Assembly (NCBI GenBank): GCA_963758295.1
Contig: CAVWUU010000004.1
Span: 832,001 to 896,000 of the forward strand
Direction: 5' to 3'
Origin: Candidatus Eremiobacteria bacterium
GTDB taxonomy: Bacteria > Vulcanimicrobiota > Vulcanimicrobiia > Vulcanimicrobiales > Vulcanimicrobiaceae
Length of the DNA stretch: 64,000 nt
The notes under the pieces were generated by a model that worked only from the letters and a program-made list of their open reading frames with translations, did no database searches and was not told where the DNA came from. Below are positions 60,101 to 64,000 of this stretch, piece by piece (within the stretch, counting starts at the first letter, position 1; each line of letters opens with the position of its first letter). The translations under genes and the position numbers were made by a program.

Positions 60101-61850
60101 GATCCTCATTGCCAACCGCGGCGAAATCGCGGTCCGCATCATTCGCACCGCGCGCGAGATGGGGATTGCAACGGTAGCCGTTTACTCCGAGCCCGACCGC
60201 GATGCCATGCACGTGCGCATGGCGGAGGAAGCGTATCTGCTCGGTCCGGCTGCGCCCTCGCAAAGCTACTTGAATATCGACAAGCTAATAGAAGTCGCGA
60301 AGCGCGCCGGCGCCGATGCCGTTCATCCCGGCTACGGGTTTCTTGCAGAAAATGCCGGCTTCGCGCGACGCGTGCAACAGGAAGGCCTCACGTGGATCGG
60401 CCCGCATCCCGATGCGATCGACGCGATGGGCGACAAACTTCGCGCACGGCAAGCGATGAAGAAAGCGAACGTGCCGTTCGTGCCGGGCGGCATCGAGCCG
60501 ATCGAGGACGTTGCCGGCGCGCGCAAAGCCGCGGAAGCGTACGGTCTGCCGCTGGCATTGAAAGCCTCCGGCGGCGGCGGCGGAAAAGGCCTGAAAGTTG
60601 CTCGCACGTTCGAAGAACTCGAGTCCGCCTTCACGACGGCGACGCGCGAAGCCGAAGCGTATTTTAAAAACGGAACGGTTTACGCCGAACGGTATCTCGA
60701 AAACCCCAAGCATATCGAGCTGCAGATCCTGGCCGACAAGCACGGCAACGTCGTGCACGTAGGCGAACGCGATTGCTCGCTGCAACGGCGGCACCAGAAA
60801 TTGTGGGAGGAAGCGCCCGCCATTATTCCCGAGAACGTGCGCCTAGGTCTGCGCGATGCCGGCATTCGCGCCGCACAAGCCATCGGGTACGATTCCGTCG
60901 GCACCATCGAGTGTCTGGTAAGCGGCAACGAGTTCTTCTTCCTCGAAATGAACACGCGCATCCAAGTCGAGCACACCGTAAGCGAAATGATTTCGGGGCT
61001 CGACTTGATTCGCGAACAGATTCGCGTTGCGGCGGGGGAGCCGCTGGGCTACACGCAAGACGACGTGGTTTTCCGTGGCGCTTCAATCGAAGGGCGCGTG
61101 AACGCCGAAGATCCCGCTGCCGGATTCCGGCCTGCGCCGGGCACCGTCACCGCGTATCGCGAGCCGGCCGGACTCGGCGTGCGCATCGATTCGGCAGCAT
61201 TTCCCGGTTTCGTTATCTCCCCCGATTACGATTCGATGATCGCGAAGCTCGTCGTTTGGGCGCCGACTCGCGCCGAAGCGATTGCCCGGCTCGCGCGCGC
61301 TATCGGCGAATACACGATTGAAGGCGTGCCTACGACGTTGCCGCTGCTGCGCGCCCTATGCGATGCACCGGCCGTCCGCGACGACACCTATGGAACGGCC
61401 ACGCTCGAACCGTTCGCCGCTGCACACTTCGCTTCGGTGCAACCTAGCGCAGCGAGCACGAACGGCGCCATACCGGCGGCAGAGTCGAACGTTCCCGCGA
61501 TCCGCATCGAGGTGAACGACAAGCTATTCCACGTTCGTCTTATCGACGTGCCGGAGGGCTTGCAATCCGGCGCAAGGGCAAAGGCGGCGCAGCGCGCTCC
61601 GCGTGCCGAACGCAAAAAAGCCAAAGGCGGCGCGCACGGAAACGACATCGTTTCACCCATGCATGGCGTCGTCGTTGAAATGAAAGTGGCTCAAGGTGAC
61701 GAGGTCGCCGAGAACCAAGTCGTTGCCGTCATCGAAGCTATGAAGATGATGAACGAAATTCGCGCTCACAAAACCGGTAAGGCCGCGGCGATTCATGCGG
61801 CAGCCGGAGCAACCGTGGAAGCGAACGAGCCGCTCGTAACGATCGAGTAA
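60090..61850 (+). CDS. Biotin carboxylase-BCCP fusion (acyl-CoA carboxylase alpha subunit)
   Basis: ANRGEIA, HPGYGFLAEN, EMNTRIQVEH, EAMKM biotinylation site. Confidence 0.95.
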   Translation: MFSKILIANRGEIAVRIIRTAREMGIATVAVYSEPDRDAMHVRMAEEAYLLGPAAPSQSYLNIDKLIEVAKRAGADAVHPGYGFLAENAGFARRVQQEGLTWIGPHPDAIDAMGDKLRARQAMKKANVPFVPGGIEPIEDVAGARKAAEAYGLPLALKASGGGGGKGLKVARTFEELESAFTTATREAEAYFKNGTVYAERYLENPKHIELQILADKHGNVVHVGERDCSLQRRHQKLWEEAPAIIPENVRLGLRDAGIRAAQAIGYDSVGTIECLVSGNEFFFLEMNTRIQVEHTVSEMISGLDLIREQIRVAAGEPLGYTQDDVVFRGASIEGRVNAEDPAAGFRPAPGTVTAYREPAGLGVRIDSAAFPGFVISPDYDSMIAKLVVWAPTRAEAIARLARAIGEYTIEGVPTTLPLLRALCDAPAVRDDTYGTATLEPFAAAHFASVQPSAASTNGAIPAAESNVPAIRIEVNDKLFHVRLIDVPEGLQSGARAKAAQRAPRAERKKAKGGAHGNDIVSPMHGVVVEMKVAQGDEVAENQVVAVIEAMKMMNEIRAHKTGKAAAIHAAAGATVEANEPLVTIE

Positions 61851-61859
61851 GGAGCTGGA

Positions 61860-62828
61860 ATGCGCGCTGTCCAGCTTACCGTTTTTGGAGAACCCCGCGA
61901 CGCGCGCGTAAGCGACGTCCCCATGCAAGAAGTGCGGCCCGGTGAGGCTCTGGTGAAGGTGCTCGCGGCCGGGATCAATCCTAGTGATTTAGTAAACATT
62001 CGCGGCGGTTTCAAGCAAACGAAATTGCCTCGAATTATCGGGCGCGATTTCTCGGGAACCGTCGTCGAAGGTCCGCCAGAGTTGAAAGGCCGCAACGTAT
62101 GGGGCTCCGGCGGCGACATCGGCTTCACTCGCGACGGCTCTCACGCGGAGTATCTCGCGGTTCCGCAGTCCGCGCTTAGTCTTCAGCCGTCGAAGCTTTC
62201 CGCCGAGAGCGCGGCGGCGTGCGGCATTCCGTTTATTACCGCTTACGCGGCGCTCGTGGAGCGCGCACACGTAAAAGCCGGCGACTTCGTCGCTGTTTCG
62301 GGCGCTGCGGGATCGGTTGGAACGGCGGCCATCGAAATCGCGCACGCTCGCGGCGCACATACCATCGCGCTCGTAAAGGACGAGAGCGAAGCCAGTCGTG
62401 TCAATTCCGGGAAAGTGCTTGCGATCGCGCAGTTCGATCGCAACGATCTGGAAGGCGTCGTCGCGAAGCACACGAACGGCCACGGCATCGACACGGCGTT
62501 CAATACCGTTGGGGCGTCGGTCTTCGGGGCGCTCTACCAATCGCTGGCGATCGGCGGCACCATGGTCATCATCTCGCGGATCGGCGGCGCTGAAGTAAAG
62601 CTCGATCTCTTCGACTTCTATCGTCGCGATCTATCGCTGCAGGGTCTGGATACGGCGAAGTACGACGGCCAGAGATGCGCGAGAATTTTGGACGAGTTGC
62701 GCCCGGGTTTTGAAAAGGGGACGATCCGTCCGATACTCGTCACAAAGGCGTTCCGCTTAGACGACGCTACGGAAGCCTATGAAACCGTCGCGCTTGGAAC
62801 GCCGGGAAAATTCGTTCTCGCTCCCTAG
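61860..62828 (+). CDS. MDR-superfamily quinone oxidoreductase/alcohol dehydrogenase-like protein
   Basis: GINPSD, GRDFSG, GAAGSVG, GKFVL. Confidence 0.88.
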   Translation: MRAVQLTVFGEPRDARVSDVPMQEVRPGEALVKVLAAGINPSDLVNIRGGFKQTKLPRIIGRDFSGTVVEGPPELKGRNVWGSGGDIGFTRDGSHAEYLAVPQSALSLQPSKLSAESAAACGIPFITAYAALVERAHVKAGDFVAVSGAAGSVGTAAIEIAHARGAHTIALVKDESEASRVNSGKVLAIAQFDRNDLEGVVAKHTNGHGIDTAFNTVGASVFGALYQSLAIGGTMVIISRIGGAEVKLDLFDFYRRDLSLQGLDTAKYDGQRCARILDELRPGFEKGTIRPILVTKAFRLDDATEAYETVALGTPGKFVLAP

Positions 62829-64000
62829 TGTAACTTCGGATACGTAATCTCTATCCCGTTCTGGCTGATCGTGAGGCTTGTTACCGTGCCTTGCGCGTCG
62901 CGCGCAAAATGGACTTGCGCGTCGACGTCCTTGACGTAGAACTCGTCTTTCGCGGAGGGGTAAAGTTCTATCGCGCTCTGCGAGCCGATTTTCGAGAATA
63001 CGTGGCCGTTCTCGACGGAAACCACGTTGCGCACACCCTGCGTCGCATACGTTCCGGCATAGCTCTCCAGCGTTGCGGTATCCAGGCTTGCGACCGGAGG
63101 ATAAGCCGGTTGGATTTCGGTCGCCAGCTGTTTGCCTTCAGCATCTACTTTATAAAACGGCAGATGCTGTCCGTTCTGCGTTAGAATGACGCCGACCACT
63201 TTGCCGCCTTGGCGGACGAATTCCAAATATGCCTGAACGACTTTGTAGTAAAAATGGTCGGGACGCGAGGCGTAAACGGCAACGCTTTGCTGGCCGGAGA
63301 GTTGCGCTTTCAAAACCGCTCCGGATCGCTCGACGTGGTACTCCAATCCGGCGGACGTATTGACGTATTTTCCGGCGTACTCATCGAGCGTCGCTTCGCT
63401 CAGCGTGACGAGTCTCGGTTCGGGCGCGAGGGCGTAAGCTGTATTCAAAACGTGTGCCGCGATGTCCACGACTTGCGGACCGTTGCTTAGCATGACGACG
63501 CCCATGCGGCGGTCGCCGCTCATCAAGACCACGGAATGATATCCAGCCGTGTCGCCGCCGTGATCGATGAAGTGGCTCACGTCGTTGATCCACCAGGCGA
63601 GTCCGATGTGATGGCCCTCGAACGTCGCGCGCGGCTGCTCCGCGAAGAGCAGCGTCTTTCCGAGCGGACCTTCTCCCATGGCCGCTCGCAGGTACTTCAA
63701 CATGTCGGTCAAGTCGGAGCGGATGGCGCCGGCGCCGGCGAGGGCGTCGGTAAATTCCCAGGAATGAACGGTTGCGCCGCTGTCATCGTGGCCTTGAGCG
63801 AAGCGCGCGCGTTGCGCCGCATTCAACGCGATCGTTGTTTCGTTCATTCCAAGCGGACGCCACACGCGTTCACGGACCATCGATTCATAATCCGCATGCT
63901 GTTCTCGCGAAAGCGCGAAGCCGAGCAGCCCCATCCCCAAATTCGAGTACTCGAATTCAGCTCCGGGGTCGCGCGTAAGTTTGTACGACCGTAAAAACGC
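62825..64000 (-). CDS. AmpC-like serine hydrolase with two C-terminal repeat domains (5' part outside window)
   Basis: YSN, GAGAIRS, HGGDTAGY, two LDEYAGKY / LESYAGTY repeats. Confidence 0.88.
   Translation of the reverse strand, partial: AFLRSYKLTRDPGAEFEYSNLGMGLLGFALSREQHADYESMVRERVWRPLGMNETTIALNAAQRARFAQGHDDSGATVHSWEFTDALAGAGAIRSDLTDMLKYLRAAMGEGPLGKTLLFAEQPRATFEGHHIGLAWWINDVSHFIDHGGDTAGYHSVVLMSGDRRMGVVMLSNGPQVVDIAAHVLNTAYALAPEPRLVTLSEATLDEYAGKYVNTSAGLEYHVERSGAVLKAQLSGQQSVAVYASRPDHFYYKVVQAYLEFVRQGGKVVGVILTQNGQHLPFYKVDAEGKQLATEIQPAYPPVASLDTATLESYAGTYATQGVRNVVSVENGHVFSKIGSQSAIELYPSAKDEFYVKDVDAQVHFARDAQGTVTSLTISQNGIEITYPKLH

Overview
High-GC bacterial chromosomal window, densely coding and mostly housekeeping or metabolic. 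Gene content and style suggest a terrabacterial soil lineage such as Ca. Eremiobacterota, but this is an unverified inference. In order: partial cmk, radA, glutamate formimidoyltransferase, a frameshifted M16 peptidase, aldehyde dehydrogenase, an MFS/MmyB pair, dapD plus an aminotransferase, a complete oxidative pentose-phosphate cluster (tkt, tal-pgi, gnd, zwf, opcA, pgl), a STAS/LolA-like/TetR/HlyD/MFS/TolC efflux operon, hut genes split by a PAS-GGDEF-EAL gene and a PadR unit, two convergent HTH-TPR regulators, a ~930-bp non-coding stretch, a WYL regulator, mtnBDC, clpC, and actinobacterial-type acyl-CoA carboxylase subunits with fabI. No rRNA, tRNA, CRISPR array, transposase or integrase was seen. 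The most unusual region is 42195-43129, between a wHTH-TPR regulator and the WYL gene. It holds a ~190-nt structured RNA candidate bounded by a promoter and terminator, a 205-nt nested inverted-repeat element whose mismatches become G-U pairs on the WYL strand, and a further short transcript or peptide candidate. Also notable are two genes that appear to need non-canonical start codons (ATA, ATC) and an unannotated 43-aa ORF coupled to tolC. All product calls come from reading motifs by eye, not from database searches.
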